Shown piece after piece: positions 1 through 10,652 of a stretch of 32,000 nt of DNA. The translations under genes and the position numbers were made by a program. Within the stretch, counting starts at the first letter, position 1. Every line of letters starts with the position of its first letter. The notes under the pieces are model-generated. The model was given only the letters and a program-made list of their open reading frames with translations, was not told where the DNA came from and ran no database searches. Origin of the DNA: Nitrosococcus oceani ATCC 19707. Lineage in GTDB: Bacteria > Pseudomonadota > Gammaproteobacteria > Nitrosococcales > Nitrosococcaceae. The stretch spans positions 3,030,001 to 3,062,000 of the forward strand of contig NC_007484.1 of NCBI RefSeq assembly GCF_000012805.1, given 5' to 3'.

Positions 1-35
1 CATTGAATCTTCTTTGAAATCTGACGTGGAACATC

Positions 36-458
36 ATGAATATACACCCGGCCCGGTATAACCAACCAGAAATCAATCTAACTCCGCTGATTGATGTGGT
101 GTTCTTACTCCTTATTTTCTTTATGGTCTCGACTAGCTTTACCCGCGAATCGGCGCTAAAAGTAGATTTACCCGAGGCAACAACTCACTCTACCGAGCAG
201 CAGGGTGCTCCTCTCCAGGTAGAAATCGATAAGGAGGATAAAATCGCCATTAATGGTAAACGCCTCATCAATAACCAGCCCGCCACACTCATGGCAGCAA
301 TGAAAGCAGCGGCGGGGAATCGTAAGCAACCCCAAATTATTATTAGTGCTGATGCCAAAACCGACTACCAATCCATTGTCACCGCCATGGATGTAGCGCA
401 ACAACTCGGCTTTAAACGCCTAAGCCTAGCCACTGCTCGACAGCAAAACAATCCCTGA
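36..458 (+). CDS. exbD: ExbD/TolR-family biopolymer transport protein
   Basis: 140-aa ORF with the ExbD/TolR N-terminal TM signature (EINLTPLIDVVFLLLIFFMV) and a periplasmic C-domain. It lies directly upstream of msbA-lpxK. Confidence 0.85.
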   Translation: MNIHPARYNQPEINLTPLIDVVFLLLIFFMVSTSFTRESALKVDLPEATTHSTEQQGAPLQVEIDKEDKIAINGKRLINNQPATLMAAMKAAAGNRKQPQIIISADAKTDYQSIVTAMDVAQQLGFKRLSLATARQQNNP

Positions 459-472
459 TTTTTTCCATACCG

Positions 473-2266
473 ATGACGTTTACTCCTTCCCTGAACTCCG
501 GGCTTGCGGTTTATCGCCGCCTACTTAGCTACACTCGACCTTACCGCTGGATCTTCGCTGCCTCAATTATCACAATGGCCATTTATGCAGCGACTGAAAC
601 GGGCCTAGCAGCCCTCATGAAACCCTTGATGGACGGAAGCTTCATTGAGCGTGATCCGGCTACCATCCAGATTATCCCCCTCCTATTAATTGGGCTCTTT
701 GTGATCCGGGGCGGCGCCAACTTTATCACTCAATATGGCCTAAAATGGGTGGCTCGCCGTGTTGTGAGGGACTTGCGGGAACAGATGTTTTGCCACCTCC
801 TTGCCCTCCCGGCGCGCTACTATGATCAAAAAGCTTCCGGTCAGCTACTCGCCAAGCTTATTTATGATGTGGAACAGGTTTCCAATGCAGCCACAGACGC
901 CATCCTCACTATCATCCGCGACTCCCTGACCATCCTGGGGCTACTTGCCTGGATGGCCTATTTAAATGGTTTGCTCACCCTTATCATTTTAGTCACGGCG
1001 CCTCTGATTGCCCTTATCATTTGGTGGGTTAGCCACCGATTCCGCCGTATTAGCCGTAAGATTCAAAACTCCATGGGCGATGTCAGCCAGGTGGCCCAGG
1101 AAACCATTGAAGGTCATCGGGAAGTCAAGATATTTGGTGGGCAAACCTACGAAGCGGAACGTTTCGACCAGGTCAATGAGCAAAACCGCCGGCAAACCAT
1201 GAAAATGGCGGCCACCGACGCCATCAGTCAGCCCGTCGTTCAGCTTATCGCCGTGCTAGGGTTAGCCGGTGTCATTCACCTAGCTACCCGCGAATCCATG
1301 CTAGCTCAAATTAGCGTGGGTACCTTTATTTCCTTTATCACCGCCATGATGTTGCTACTTGGCCCTGTTAAGCGCCTTACTAAAATCAACGGGACTTTAC
1401 AGCGGGGCATTGCCGCGGCTCAAAGCATCTTTGGCCTATTGGCAGAAACACCCGAAGCGGATCGTGGGCAGCAATCTCTGAGACGCGCCCGGGGCGCAAT
1501 CCGCTTTGAACACTTATCTTTTTGCTATGAACCTGCCAAAGGTCCAGTGCTTGAAAACATTGATCTGGAAATCAAACCGTACCAAACCATTGCCCTAGTA
1601 GGCCATTCAGGCAGCGGCAAATCCACTTTAGTGAGCTTACTCGCCCGTTTCTACGAAACTACTTCTGGGCGTATCCTCATCGATGAAATGGATATCCAAA
1701 CACTCCGCCTTACTGAACTACGCCGGCAAATCGCCCTAGTCAGCCAGCAAATCATCTTATTCAATGACACCATCGCCCATAACATTGCCTATGGCAGCTA
1801 CCAACAAACCAGCAAACAAGACATCATCCGCGCCGCCGAAGCCGCCCATGCCATGGAATTTATTAATCGCTTGCCCGACGGTTTGGACACGGTTATTGGC
1901 GAAAAGGGGGTTTTGCTCTCCGGCGGCCAGCGGCAACGTCTCGCGATTGCCAGGGCCCTGCTCAAGGATGCTCCCATCCTCATTTTAGACGAAGCCACCG
2001 CTTCCCTAGACACCGAGGCTGAACGGCATATCCAAGCAGCCCTAGAAACCCTGATGCGCCAGCGGACAACGCTGGTTATCGCCCATCGACTATCCACTGT
2101 AGAAAACGCCGATCAAATCATCGTGCTTCATCAAGGCCAGATTATAGAAAGAGGAACCCATAGCCAGCTTCTTGCCCGCGAAAGTCACTATGCTGGACTC
2201 TACCGTTTACAATTTCGCCATAGCCATGAGCACGTTTCACCCCTGAGCGCAAATGTCGGATTATAG
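473..2266 (+). CDS. msbA: Lipid A export ABC transporter (permease/ATPase fusion) MsbA
   Basis: 597-aa ORF with a multi-TM N-domain. It has Walker A GHSGSGKST, ABC signature LSGGQRQR and Walker B ILILDEAT. It overlaps the lpxK start, the classical msbA-lpxK arrangement. Confidence 0.9.
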   Translation: MTFTPSLNSGLAVYRRLLSYTRPYRWIFAASIITMAIYAATETGLAALMKPLMDGSFIERDPATIQIIPLLLIGLFVIRGGANFITQYGLKWVARRVVRDLREQMFCHLLALPARYYDQKASGQLLAKLIYDVEQVSNAATDAILTIIRDSLTILGLLAWMAYLNGLLTLIILVTAPLIALIIWWVSHRFRRISRKIQNSMGDVSQVAQETIEGHREVKIFGGQTYEAERFDQVNEQNRRQTMKMAATDAISQPVVQLIAVLGLAGVIHLATRESMLAQISVGTFISFITAMMLLLGPVKRLTKINGTLQRGIAAAQSIFGLLAETPEADRGQQSLRRARGAIRFEHLSFCYEPAKGPVLENIDLEIKPYQTIALVGHSGSGKSTLVSLLARFYETTSGRILIDEMDIQTLRLTELRRQIALVSQQIILFNDTIAHNIAYGSYQQTSKQDIIRAAEAAHAMEFINRLPDGLDTVIGEKGVLLSGGQRQRLAIARALLKDAPILILDEATASLDTEAERHIQAALETLMRQRTTLVIAHRLSTVENADQIIVLHQGQIIERGTHSQLLARESHYAGLYRLQFRHSHEHVSPLSANVGL

Positions 2267-3269
2267 CTCTTTAATTCTTCGCTATTGGTATAGTAATCAG
2301 CCTTCCCGCTGGTTGCTCACCCCCCTGAGTGGTCTCTTCCAACTAGCAGTCAAAATACGCCAATGGGCCTATACCCAAGGCCTGTTCCATACCCACATAC
2401 TCCCTCTGCCGGTGCTGGTCATTGGCAACCTGACCTTGGGAGGGACAGGAAAAACGCCGTTAGTTATCTGGCTAGCCCAATTTCTCAGGCAGCATGGCTA
2501 TCGACCAGGACTTATCAGTCGTGGCTATGGAGGCCACGCTCAAAACTACCCTCAACAGGTCTATCCTGACAGTGATCCACATTTAGTCGGCGATGAGGCC
2601 GTCCTCCTGGCCCGGCGCACCGGCTGCCCGCTTGTGGTAGGACCTGATCGAGTTGCTGCCTCCCACGCTCTTTTGGCTCACTCCGATTGCAATGTCCTGC
2701 TTTCAGATGATGGACTGCAACATTATGCCCTAGGTCGGGATATCGAAATCCTCGTAGTAGATGGCGTACGCCGTTTTGGCAACGCTCACTGTCTGCCCGC
2801 CGGTCCTTTAAGAGAACCATTAAGCCGCCTTCGAACCGTGGACTTAGTGGTCACTAACGGGATGCCTCAAGGAGGCGAGTTCGCCATGTATTCACAGCTT
2901 CAAGATGCTCGCCATATCAAAGACGGTACCCTCCGCCCGCTAAAGAAATTCCGCCGCACTAAGCTCCATGGCGTCGCGGGAATTGGAAACCCAGAACGCT
3001 TCTTTAGCCAACTGCGGGCCCTAGAGCTTACTATCCAGCCACACCCTTTCCCCGATCACTATGGTTTCCAATCTGAAGACTTGGCTTTTGCAGATCAGCA
3101 GCCGGTGCTCATGACCGAGAAAGATGCGGTAAAATGTATCCGTTTTGCCCGCGATAACTATTGGTACGTTCCTATGGATGTTTCTCTGCCAGCATCCTTT
3201 GGCGCTCAAGTGCTCAGCCTCCTGCAACAGGCCGCCAAAAAAAAGCTAAACATAGAGACAACAGGATGA
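2253..3269 (+). CDS. lpxK: Tetraacyldisaccharide 4'-kinase LpxK
   Basis: 338-aa ORF with the N-terminal P-loop GNLTLGGTGKTP. It has a 14-nt overlap with msbA and is followed by a ycaR-like ORF, as in many proteobacteria. Confidence 0.9.
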   Translation: MSDYSSLILRYWYSNQPSRWLLTPLSGLFQLAVKIRQWAYTQGLFHTHILPLPVLVIGNLTLGGTGKTPLVIWLAQFLRQHGYRPGLISRGYGGHAQNYPQQVYPDSDPHLVGDEAVLLARRTGCPLVVGPDRVAASHALLAHSDCNVLLSDDGLQHYALGRDIEILVVDGVRRFGNAHCLPAGPLREPLSRLRTVDLVVTNGMPQGGEFAMYSQLQDARHIKDGTLRPLKKFRRTKLHGVAGIGNPERFFSQLRALELTIQPHPFPDHYGFQSEDLAFADQQPVLMTEKDAVKCIRFARDNYWYVPMDVSLPASFGAQVLSLLQQAAKKKLNIETTG

Positions 3270-3272
3270 TTC

Positions 3273-3452
3273 ATGGATAAAAAATTACTCGAGATACTTG
3301 CTTGCCCCGTATGTAAAAGTTCATTGATCTATAAGAAAGCAGACCAAGAACTGATTTGTAAGGCTTGCCGCCTGGCCTACCCTATCCGGGATGACATTCC
3401 GGTCATGCTCGAAGAGCAAGCGCGGCAGTTCGATCCCGAAGAGGAAATCTAG
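3273..3452 (+). CDS. Trm112/YcaR-family (UPF0434) small zinc-ribbon protein
   Basis: 59-aa ORF, below the track's length cut-off and translated by hand: [59 protein letters not shown]. It has the CPxC...CxxC pairs and the YPIRDxIPVML motif typical of the family. It starts 4 nt after the lpxK stop. Confidence 0.75.
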   Translation: MDKKLLEILACPVCKSSLIYKKADQELICKACRLAYPIRDDIPVMLEEQARQFDPEEEI

Positions 3453-3526
3453 CTCCGCCAAGATAATATTCACAATCAAAAAGCTTGCAGTTCGATAAAT
3501 AGCTGGCATACTCTAAAGGATCATGT

Positions 3527-3553
3527 CGGAGAAGCATTTCTTTCCGCTTTTTT
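3527..3553 (+). terminator. Possible intrinsic terminator after the lpxK/ycaR unit
   Basis: CGGAGA..(8-nt loop)..TTTCCG stem (6 bp including one G-U pair), followed by CTTTTTT. Confidence 0.35.
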
Positions 3554-3777
3554 AAAGAGCAAATGCGCGGTGGCAGCAGGCTAAGGTGGAATAAAATTTC
3601 TGATAAATTCAATAGCATGTTTAATGTTGCTCATCAGGGCTCATATTTATTTAAATATCTAAGTTTAAGTTTAAGTAGACTGCAGCACGCATCTTTCTAC
3701 CTAATCTTCCCTTGTGCTCTTACCATAGTACCGCTAAAGTTTGCCAAAATTCTTAAGAAGGGGATGAATATATCCAT

Positions 3778-4989
3778 ATGAAGGAAATTAGACAATTTAC
3801 TTCAGAATCGGTCTCCGAGGGCCACCCGGACAAGGTTGCAGATCAAATTTCGGACGTAATTCTTGATGCTATTTTAGCCCAGGATAGAAGAGCGCGAGTA
3901 GCATGTGAGACCCTCGTAAAAACCGGTATGGTGCTAGTGGCAGGTGAAATCACAACCCAGGCTCATATCGATTATGAACAAATTATCCGCGAAACCATCA
4001 CTGAAATTGGCTATAACCACTCAGAAATCGGATTTGATGGGGCCACCTGCGCCGTTGTGAATGCTATCGGCAAGCAATCATCTGACATTGCCCAAGGGGT
4101 CGACCGAGAACTGGAAGAAGATCAAGGTGCGGGCGATCAAGGGATGATGTTTGGTTATGCCAGCGATGAAACCGATGTTTTGATGCCTGCGCCCATTACT
4201 TATGCTCATCGTCTGGTGCAGCGCCAAGCCGAAATACGGCGAAATGGCGAACTGCCTTGGCTGCGCCCGGATGCCAAAAGCCAGGTCACCTTGCTTTACG
4301 AAGATGATGTCCCGGTAGCCATCGACGCCATCGTCCTGTCCACCCAACACAGCCCCGAGATTAGCCAAGCCACCCTGCGTGAGGCGGTTATCGAGACTAT
4401 TATTAAGCCCGTGCTGCCCGCCGACTGGTTTGCCCATTGCCGCTCTGAAAATATCCATGTTAATCCTACCGGCAATTTCATCATCGGCGGTCCCATGGGA
4501 GATTGTGGACTCACCGGACGTAAGATCATCGTGGATACCTATGGAGGAATGGCGCGCCATGGAGGCGGTGCTTTTTCGGGCAAGGACCCCTCCAAGGTAG
4601 ACCGCTCTGCTGCCTATGCGGGCCGCTATGTTGCTAAAAATCTCGTGGCGGCAGGCTTGGCCGAGCGCTGTGAGGTTCAAATTTCATACGCTATTGGGGT
4701 AGCTGAACCCACATCAGTGAGTGTGAATACCTTTGGTACGGGTAGAATCGCGGAATCACGCCTGGTGGAGCTAATCCAGGCTCACTTTGATTTGCGGCCG
4801 GTGGGGCTTCTACAAATGCTGGATCTGATCCGCCCCATTTACCGAAAGACCGCAGCGTATGGCCATTTTGGCCGGGAAGAACCTGAATTCACTTGGGAAC
4901 AAACTGATAAAGCGGAGGCGCTCCGGGATGCAGCGGGCTTGGGCCCTGCCACCGCCGAAATCATCAATGTTCGGTCTGAAAGGCATTAG
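3778..4989 (+). CDS. metK: S-adenosylmethionine synthetase
   Basis: 403-aa ORF with the motifs [25 protein letters not shown] and [16 protein letters not shown]. Confidence 0.97.
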   Translation: MKEIRQFTSESVSEGHPDKVADQISDVILDAILAQDRRARVACETLVKTGMVLVAGEITTQAHIDYEQIIRETITEIGYNHSEIGFDGATCAVVNAIGKQSSDIAQGVDRELEEDQGAGDQGMMFGYASDETDVLMPAPITYAHRLVQRQAEIRRNGELPWLRPDAKSQVTLLYEDDVPVAIDAIVLSTQHSPEISQATLREAVIETIIKPVLPADWFAHCRSENIHVNPTGNFIIGGPMGDCGLTGRKIIVDTYGGMARHGGGAFSGKDPSKVDRSAAYAGRYVAKNLVAAGLAERCEVQISYAIGVAEPTSVSVNTFGTGRIAESRLVELIQAHFDLRPVGLLQMLDLIRPIYRKTAAYGHFGREEPEFTWEQTDKAEALRDAAGLGPATAEIINVRSERH

Positions 4990-5067
4990 CCAAAAAATTA
5001 AAGAAAATTTAGGGAATAAATTTTGCTATAACGGGCCAGGCCCGAACAAAATAATTTGGGAGAACCT

Positions 5068-6381
5068 ATGAGCACACAGACCGCGGAAAATCTCACTTCC
5101 GATTATAAGGTGGCCGATATCGGCCTCGCTGACTGGGGCCATAAAGAGATTGCCATCGCTGAAACCGAGATGCCTGGCCTCATGGCCCTACGAAAAGAAT
5201 ACCAAGGGAGAAAACCCTTGGCGGGCGCCCGGATTGCTGGCTGCCTGCATATGACCATTCAAACAGCCGTCCTTATCGACACACTAGTCGCCCTTGGCGC
5301 CGAGGTGCGTTGGTCATCCTGTAATATTTTCTCCACCCAAGATCACGCTGCCGCCGCTGTCGCTGCTAAAGGAATTCCGGTTTTTGCATGGAAAGGAGAA
5401 ACAGAAGAAGAGTACTGGTGGTGTGTTGATCAAACTATCCATGGGCCTGATGGCTGGCACCCCAATATGCTGCTGGACGATGGGGGCGATCTCACCGCTG
5501 TCATGCATAACCAATATCCCGAGCTTTTAAATGAGGTCCGTGGCCTTTCCGAAGAAACCACCACCGGCGTTCATCGCCTGTATGAGATGATGGAGCGTGG
5601 AACACTCAAAGTTCCCGTCTTTAACGTCAATGACTCGGTGACTAAATCCAAATTCGATAATCTTTACGGTTGCCGAGAATCGCTCCTGGACGGTATCAAG
5701 CGAGCCACCGATGTTATGATTGCAGGTAAAATCACGGTGATCCTAGGATATGGCGATGTAGGCAAGGGATGTGCCCAATCACTGCGCGGCCAAGGGGCCA
5801 CGGTATGGGTCGCCGAGATTGATCCCATTTGCGCCCTGCAAGCGGCGATGGAAGGTTATCGGGTCATCACCATGGAAGAAGCAGCAAGCAAGGGGGATAT
5901 TTTTGTCACAGCTACCGGCAATTACCACGTTATTACCTTCGAACATATGCAAGCGATGAAAAATCAGGCCATCGTTTGCAATATTGGCCACTTTGATAAC
6001 GAGATCGATGTCGCTAGTCTAGAGCAATACCCTTGGGAAAACATTAAGCCTCAAGTGGATCACATTATTTTTCCGGATGGAAAGCGCATCATCCTCCTTG
6101 CCGAAGGCCGACTAGTCAATCTGGGTTGTGCCACAGGCCATCCAAGCTTCGTCATGTCCAGTTCATTTACCAATCAAGTGCTGGCCCAGATCGAATTATG
6201 GAATAATCCAGAGAAATACGAAAAGCGGGTTTATGTCTTGCCGAAGAAACTAGATGAACGGGTAGCCCGCCTGCACCTACAGAAAATCGGTGCTCAATTA
6301 ACTACCCTCACGGAAGAGCAAGCCAAGTATATTGGCGTTCCCATGGATGGACCTTATAAGTCAGATCATTATCGATATTAA
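5068..6381 (+). CDS. ahcY: Adenosylhomocysteinase
   Basis: Strong SAH-hydrolase similarity ([16 protein letters not shown] site [11 protein letters not shown]-terminal KSDHYRY). The track ORF starts at TTG 5056. ATG 5068 is preferred because GGGAGA sits 5-6 nt upstream. Confidence 0.95.
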   Translation: MSTQTAENLTSDYKVADIGLADWGHKEIAIAETEMPGLMALRKEYQGRKPLAGARIAGCLHMTIQTAVLIDTLVALGAEVRWSSCNIFSTQDHAAAAVAAKGIPVFAWKGETEEEYWWCVDQTIHGPDGWHPNMLLDDGGDLTAVMHNQYPELLNEVRGLSEETTTGVHRLYEMMERGTLKVPVFNVNDSVTKSKFDNLYGCRESLLDGIKRATDVMIAGKITVILGYGDVGKGCAQSLRGQGATVWVAEIDPICALQAAMEGYRVITMEEAASKGDIFVTATGNYHVITFEHMQAMKNQAIVCNIGHFDNEIDVASLEQYPWENIKPQVDHIIFPDGKRIILLAEGRLVNLGCATGHPSFVMSSSFTNQVLAQIELWNNPEKYEKRVYVLPKKLDERVARLHLQKIGAQLTTLTEEQAKYIGVPMDGPYKSDHYRY

Positions 6382-6541
6382 GGCTATTTTGGCTGTATTG
6401 ACGCAATTGCAGGAAAATACCGGAAGAGAGCGGACCCATAACGGTACGCTCCTACTGGGAACGATCTTCAGGCGGGTTCGACAATCGGCTAAAGAAATAA
6501 TGCCGCCGGCGGTTATTTACCTATGACTTTGTTATGCCATC

Positions 6542-7435
6542 ATGCAACCTCAACAGAACAACCCGTTAATTTTTAGCTGCGAGTTCTTTCCCCCAAAGGG
6601 TGAAGAAAACGCTTCTAAATTGCGCCGGGTCCGCCGAAAACTTGCACGCATCCATCCGCGTTACTATTCGGTGACTTTTGGCGCGGGAGGTTCTACCCGC
6701 GACCGAACCTTTGAAACAATCTTAGAAATTCAAGCAGCCGCCAAAGAGACCGGTATTGAAGCGGCCCCTCATCTTTCTTGCGTGGGTTCCAGCCGAAAAA
6801 GCATCAGGGAAGTATTGCAAGCGTATCAACACCAGGGAGTTAAGCGCCTAGTTACTCTCCGCGGCGATCTGCCGTCGGGAATGGTTGATCCCGGAGATTT
6901 CCACTACGCAAGCCAATTAGTTGAATTCATTCGCGCCGAAACGGGGGATTATTTCCATATTGAAGTAGCCGCATATCCAGAAGTGCACCCCCAGGCGCGC
7001 TCCGCGCAGGCGGATCTCATCAATTTTAAGCATAAGGTAGAAGCAGGTGCTGACAGTGCAATTACCCAGTACTTCTATAATGTAGATGCTTATCTTCGCT
7101 TTGTGGAACGCTGCAAAAGCGTAGGCATTGATCTCCCCATTGTCCCTGGAATCATGCCGATTAACAATTACGTACAATTAGCCCGCTTCTCCGATGCCTG
7201 TGGCGCGGAGATCCCACGCTGGCTGCGCAAGCGGTTGGAAGACTTTCCCGATCCGGCTACTATGAGTGCCTTTGCTATTGATGTGGTCAGCGATCTTTGC
7301 TACCGATTGCTGGAAGCTGGCGCGCCAGGGCTGCATTTCTATACTTTAAACCGAGCCGACCCTACCCTTGCTATTTGGGATAACCTAGGGTTGGAAACCC
7401 AACCTGCCAATTTATCGGCGGTTACCAAAATATAG
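6542..7435 (+). CDS. metF: 5,10-methylenetetrahydrofolate reductase
   Basis: 297-aa ORF with MetF-type N-terminus FSCEFFPPK and motifs VTFGAGGST and LRGD. It follows metK-ahcY. Confidence 0.92.
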   Translation: MQPQQNNPLIFSCEFFPPKGEENASKLRRVRRKLARIHPRYYSVTFGAGGSTRDRTFETILEIQAAAKETGIEAAPHLSCVGSSRKSIREVLQAYQHQGVKRLVTLRGDLPSGMVDPGDFHYASQLVEFIRAETGDYFHIEVAAYPEVHPQARSAQADLINFKHKVEAGADSAITQYFYNVDAYLRFVERCKSVGIDLPIVPGIMPINNYVQLARFSDACGAEIPRWLRKRLEDFPDPATMSAFAIDVVSDLCYRLLEAGAPGLHFYTLNRADPTLAIWDNLGLETQPANLSAVTKI

Positions 7436-7442
7436 GTGACTT

Positions 7443-7826
7443 ATGCGGATTTTACATACCATGCTTCGGGTCGGAAACCTAGAACGCTCTCTCAAGTTTT
7501 ACACTGACGTGCTTGGTATGCAGTTACTACGGCAAAAAGATTATCCGGAAGGCAGATTTACTCTCGCCTTTGTCGGCTACGGCGATGAAACCGCCCATAC
7601 TGTCCTGGAACTCACCCATAATTGGGATACGGAGCATTATGACTTAGGCGACGGCTTTGGCCATATTGCCATTGCGGTGACAGATGCGGCGGCGGCTTGC
7701 GCCGAAATCAAAAAGCGTGGCGGTAAAGTGGTGCGGGAAGCTGGCCCCATGAAACACGGCACTACAGTCATTGCATTTGTAGAAGATCCTGACGGTTACA
7801 AAATCGAGCTTATCGAACGAAAATAA
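7443..7826 (+). CDS. gloA: Lactoylglutathione lyase (glyoxalase I)
   Basis: 127-aa [29 protein letters not shown] and GYKIELIE are typical of Ni-type GloA. Confidence 0.9.
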   Translation: MRILHTMLRVGNLERSLKFYTDVLGMQLLRQKDYPEGRFTLAFVGYGDETAHTVLELTHNWDTEHYDLGDGFGHIAIAVTDAAAACAEIKKRGGKVVREAGPMKHGTTVIAFVEDPDGYKIELIERK

Positions 7827-9600
7827 TAGATTTCCCTTTCTGCTCTTTATCCGTCATGGACATTCTAGAAAATGGCTGAGGGCGGCCGATGGCAAAGCCT
7901 TGGGCATAATCAACCCCAACGAGGCGGAGTTTTTCAAAAACGGCTTCATTTTCCACAAACTCAGCAATAGTTTTCAACCCCATCACTTTACCTACTTTAT
8001 GAATGGCCTCCACCATAGCATGATCCACCGGATCATCCACCATTTCTTTAACAAAGCTACCGTCAATTTTTAGGTAATCAACCGGCAAATTTTTCAGATA
8101 ATTAAACGACGACAAACCGCTCCCGAAATCATCCAATGCAAAACGGCAGCCCATCTCCTTAAGCTTTCTAATAAATCGAATAGCACCATTAAAATTGGCA
8201 ATCGCTGCCGTTTCCGTGATCTCAAAACAGATTACCTCGGGGTTAACCGAGGTCTGATGCAATTGCTCTATTACAAAATTCAAAAATAATTCATCGGATA
8301 TCGATTGCCCGGAAAGATTAATACCTATAAGCCCTTGCTCTACTGAGCACTCCCCTAAGGAAAGGAAAGCATTGCTTATTACCCAACGGTCTAAGGCTGG
8401 CATTAAACGATACCGTTCCGCGGCCGGAATAAAAGCCATAGGCGGTATAAGACTTTCATCCTCGCTTTTCATACGTAACAATAACTCACAATGGCGAATG
8501 TGCTCTTCGCCATTTAATGCATGGATGGGTTGATGATAAAGCATAAACCTGCTCCCCTCAAAAGCTTGCTGGATGCGAGTCACCCACTGCATTTCACCAT
8601 AGTGACGTTCAATGCTATGGTCATCCAGGCAGTAGACATGAATACGATTACGCCCCTGAGCCTTAGCAACATAGCAGGCAGTATCCGCGGCGCTAAGCAC
8701 TTCTTCCAATCCGCCGCTTCCTTGCGCAATGGCAACCAAACCGATGCTGGCGCCCAATGGAAAGGTATTCCCCTTACAGTTAAAACGAAAATTACGAATC
8801 AGAATTCGCAAACTTTCCGCAACCTTTCGCGCATGAGCTAAATCGCACCCTAGCAGAAGCACGCCAAACTCGTCGCCCCCCAATCGGGCCAAGCAATCTG
8901 ATTCCCGAATTTTATCCTGCAACAGGGTTGCAAGCTGGCGAAGCAGCTTATCGCCGGCTAAATGCCCACAGGTATCATTAACTACCTTAAATTGGTCTAA
9001 ATCCAAATAACATAAAACATGGCAAGTATCATTTTGGCGGACATCATCCAGAGCCTTCCGCAACCGAACTTCAAACTCACGCCGGTTAATAAGACCAGTT
9101 AAGGCATCATGAGTTGCTTGATGACTGAGCTGGCTTGCCAGCGCCCGCAAAGGACTAATATCCCGCAGTACTAAGACGGCGCCGAAAATGCGATTCTGGG
9201 TATCACGCAGGGGAGCAATAGATGTTTGAACGATTAATTCCCGATTCTGTCCGTCCCGCAGTAAAGCCGTACAGGAGCGACCTTCGACAGGATCCTCCGC
9301 TAGCCAAGTAGCGATATCGCCAATAACATGAGAATAGCTTTCCTCATTGAGGAGGCACGCTACCTCCTCTAAGGATTTACCGCGCGCCTGGGTCGCGGTA
9401 GTGTCAATCAGCTCTTCGGCCAAGGGATTGAGATAATCGACTTGCCCCCTACAATTAACGGTAATCACCGCGTCACCAATTGACTCCAGGGTCACCTGCG
9501 CCCGCTGATGTTCTAAGAAAAAAGCCTCTTGGGCCTTGCGCCCTCCCATCATCTTTTGAAAATAGGCGAGGCTCTGGAAAAAAATATTAACAAAGCTCAT
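7810..9600 (-). CDS. PAS-GGDEF-EAL c-di-GMP signalling protein
   Basis: 596-aa ORF with an N-terminal PAS-like region, an intact GGDEF ([11 protein letters not shown]), and an EAL domain ([24 protein letters not shown]). AGGA lies 8-11 nt upstream of ATG 9600. Its last codons overlap the end of gloA convergently. Confidence 0.9.
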   Translation of the reverse strand: MSFVNIFFQSLAYFQKMMGGRKAQEAFFLEHQRAQVTLESIGDAVITVNCRGQVDYLNPLAEELIDTTATQARGKSLEEVACLLNEESYSHVIGDIATWLAEDPVEGRSCTALLRDGQNRELIVQTSIAPLRDTQNRIFGAVLVLRDISPLRALASQLSHQATHDALTGLINRREFEVRLRKALDDVRQNDTCHVLCYLDLDQFKVVNDTCGHLAGDKLLRQLATLLQDKIRESDCLARLGGDEFGVLLLGCDLAHARKVAESLRILIRNFRFNCKGNTFPLGASIGLVAIAQGSGGLEEVLSAADTACYVAKAQGRNRIHVYCLDDHSIERHYGEMQWVTRIQQAFEGSRFMLYHQPIHALNGEEHIRHCELLLRMKSEDESLIPPMAFIPAAERYRLMPALDRWVISNAFLSLGECSVEQGLIGINLSGQSISDELFLNFVIEQLHQTSVNPEVICFEITETAAIANFNGAIRFIRKLKEMGCRFALDDFGSGLSSFNYLKNLPVDYLKIDGSFVKEMVDDPVDHAMVEAIHKVGKVMGLKTIAEFVENEAVFEKLRLVGVDYAQGFAIGRPQPFSRMSMTDKEQKGKSIIFVR

Positions 9601-9834
9601 GATAATTCCTAGTCCTCACCATCAGAGGGAAAAAGCCCCTAGCTATTTCATAGACAGGCCATGGAACGACCCCCATTAAGTCCCGATGCCAAATGGGCCA
9701 CAGGATATCCACTCCAGAAGCTCGGGTTTAAAGCCCATGACTCAAAAATACCCTATTAATGCCGATATGCTATTGAAGTGTTTTTGGGGTTGCTAGAATA
9801 GGCCCTGCCTTACTTTAGCAGCAAAATTGTCCTC

Positions 9835-10572
9835 TTGAGGTCAGAATTTAGGCGTAACCTTTTTATGTGTTTTCTCTATTATTTATTTTGGTTTTTCTTG
9901 TTAGCCCTACTTCCTAGCTATGGATTAGGATTAACGAAGGATAATCAATCCTTAGCCGAAATCCAGGAAGTAGCTCACAATTTTGTACTTAAGCAGGCCA
10001 GGTCCCTCCCAGGGAATATCGAAGTGACGCCGGGCTCTTTAGATCGGCGCTTACGCCTTCCAAAATGCTCTCATCCCTTAAAGGCTTTCTTTCCCAGCGG
10101 CAGCCGTCCTAGGGGCAATACTACCGTGGGAGTCCGCTGTACTGGAGAAACACCCTGGACCGTGTACTTGTCCGTCAAGATGGCTGTCTATGGTAAAGTG
10201 CTAGTTGCAACCCATTCGATAAGCTCAGGTTTTCCCTTGAGCCTAGTCGACCTGCGTCTAGAGCGCCGGGATCTAAGCGAGCTAAGGCAAGGTTATCTCA
10301 ACGAACCAGCACAAGCGGTAGGAAAACGCCTTAAGCGGCCGGTGGGATTAGGCGCAATTATTACTCCTGGGATGTTAGAAATTCCCAAGCTTATCCGGCG
10401 GGGGCAACAAGTCATTTTAATGGCCACAGCACCAGGGCTGCAAGTCAACATGAAGGGCCAAGCCCTTGAGGATGCTGGTGCGGGGGAACATATTCGTGTC
10501 AGGAACACTTCCTCCCGACGTATTGTCGAAGGAACGGTAACCGCTGCCGGCTTAGTACAGGTGCAAATGTAA
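9835..10572 (+). CDS. flgA: Flagellar basal-body P-ring formation chaperone FlgA
   Basis: 245-aa ORF with a signal-peptide-like N-terminus and a C-terminal SAF-like segment (GQQVILMA...GEHIRVRN...G). It lies upstream of flgM-flgN. The TTG 9835 start gives a positively charged n-region. ATG 9865 is an alternative start. Confidence 0.8.
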   Translation: MRSEFRRNLFMCFLYYLFWFFLLALLPSYGLGLTKDNQSLAEIQEVAHNFVLKQARSLPGNIEVTPGSLDRRLRLPKCSHPLKAFFPSGSRPRGNTTVGVRCTGETPWTVYLSVKMAVYGKVLVATHSISSGFPLSLVDLRLERRDLSELRQGYLNEPAQAVGKRLKRPVGLGAIITPGMLEIPKLIRRGQQVILMATAPGLQVNMKGQALEDAGAGEHIRVRNTSSRRIVEGTVTAAGLVQVQM

Positions 10573-10593
10573 TAGGCAGGATGCCAGTCAACT

Positions 10594-10620
10594 TAAAGTT
10601 AAACGCTAGAACACCGATAA
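10594..10620 (+). promoter_or_regulatory. Sigma-28 (FliA) class-3 flagellar promoter for flgM-flgN
   Basis: TAAAGTTA-N11-ACCGATAA against the consensus TAAAGTTT-N11-GCCGATAA (14/16 matches, correct spacing). It ends 32 nt upstream of the preferred flgM ATG. Confidence 0.55.
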
Positions 10621-10652
10621 CTATGGGTAAACGATCTAAGGAGAAAGCCGAA

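Noticed and set aside
1-61. The 3' end of an upstream exbB/tolQ-like gene may lie at the window start.
   Set aside because: Too little sequence is available. All three frames stop within 61 nt, so the frame and end cannot be assigned.
3563-3781. A 72-aa ORF precedes and overlaps the metK start. There are also minus-strand ORFs at 3321-3509 and 3403-3618.
   Set aside because: They lie in AT-rich intergenic DNA, have no RBS, give odd hydrophobic or low-complexity products, and overlap better-supported features.
4990-5067. I looked for an SAH riboswitch upstream of ahcY.
   Set aside because: The spacer is only 78 nt, and I could not find the conserved SAH-element core by eye.
6495-6518. The palindrome CCGCCGGCGG with AT-rich flanks, between ahcY and metF, was considered as a terminator or attenuator.
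   Set aside because: The central palindrome leaves almost no loop. The realistic hairpin has only 3-4 GC pairs plus a bulged AU extension. That is not convincing without transcript data.
9742-9768. A possible sigma-28 promoter lies upstream of flgA (GCCGATAT at 9761-9768).
   Set aside because: The -10 element is good (7/8). The -35 element at the correct N11 spacing (TCAAAAAT) matches only 4/8. The better TAAAGCCC is 25 nt away, which is the wrong spacing.
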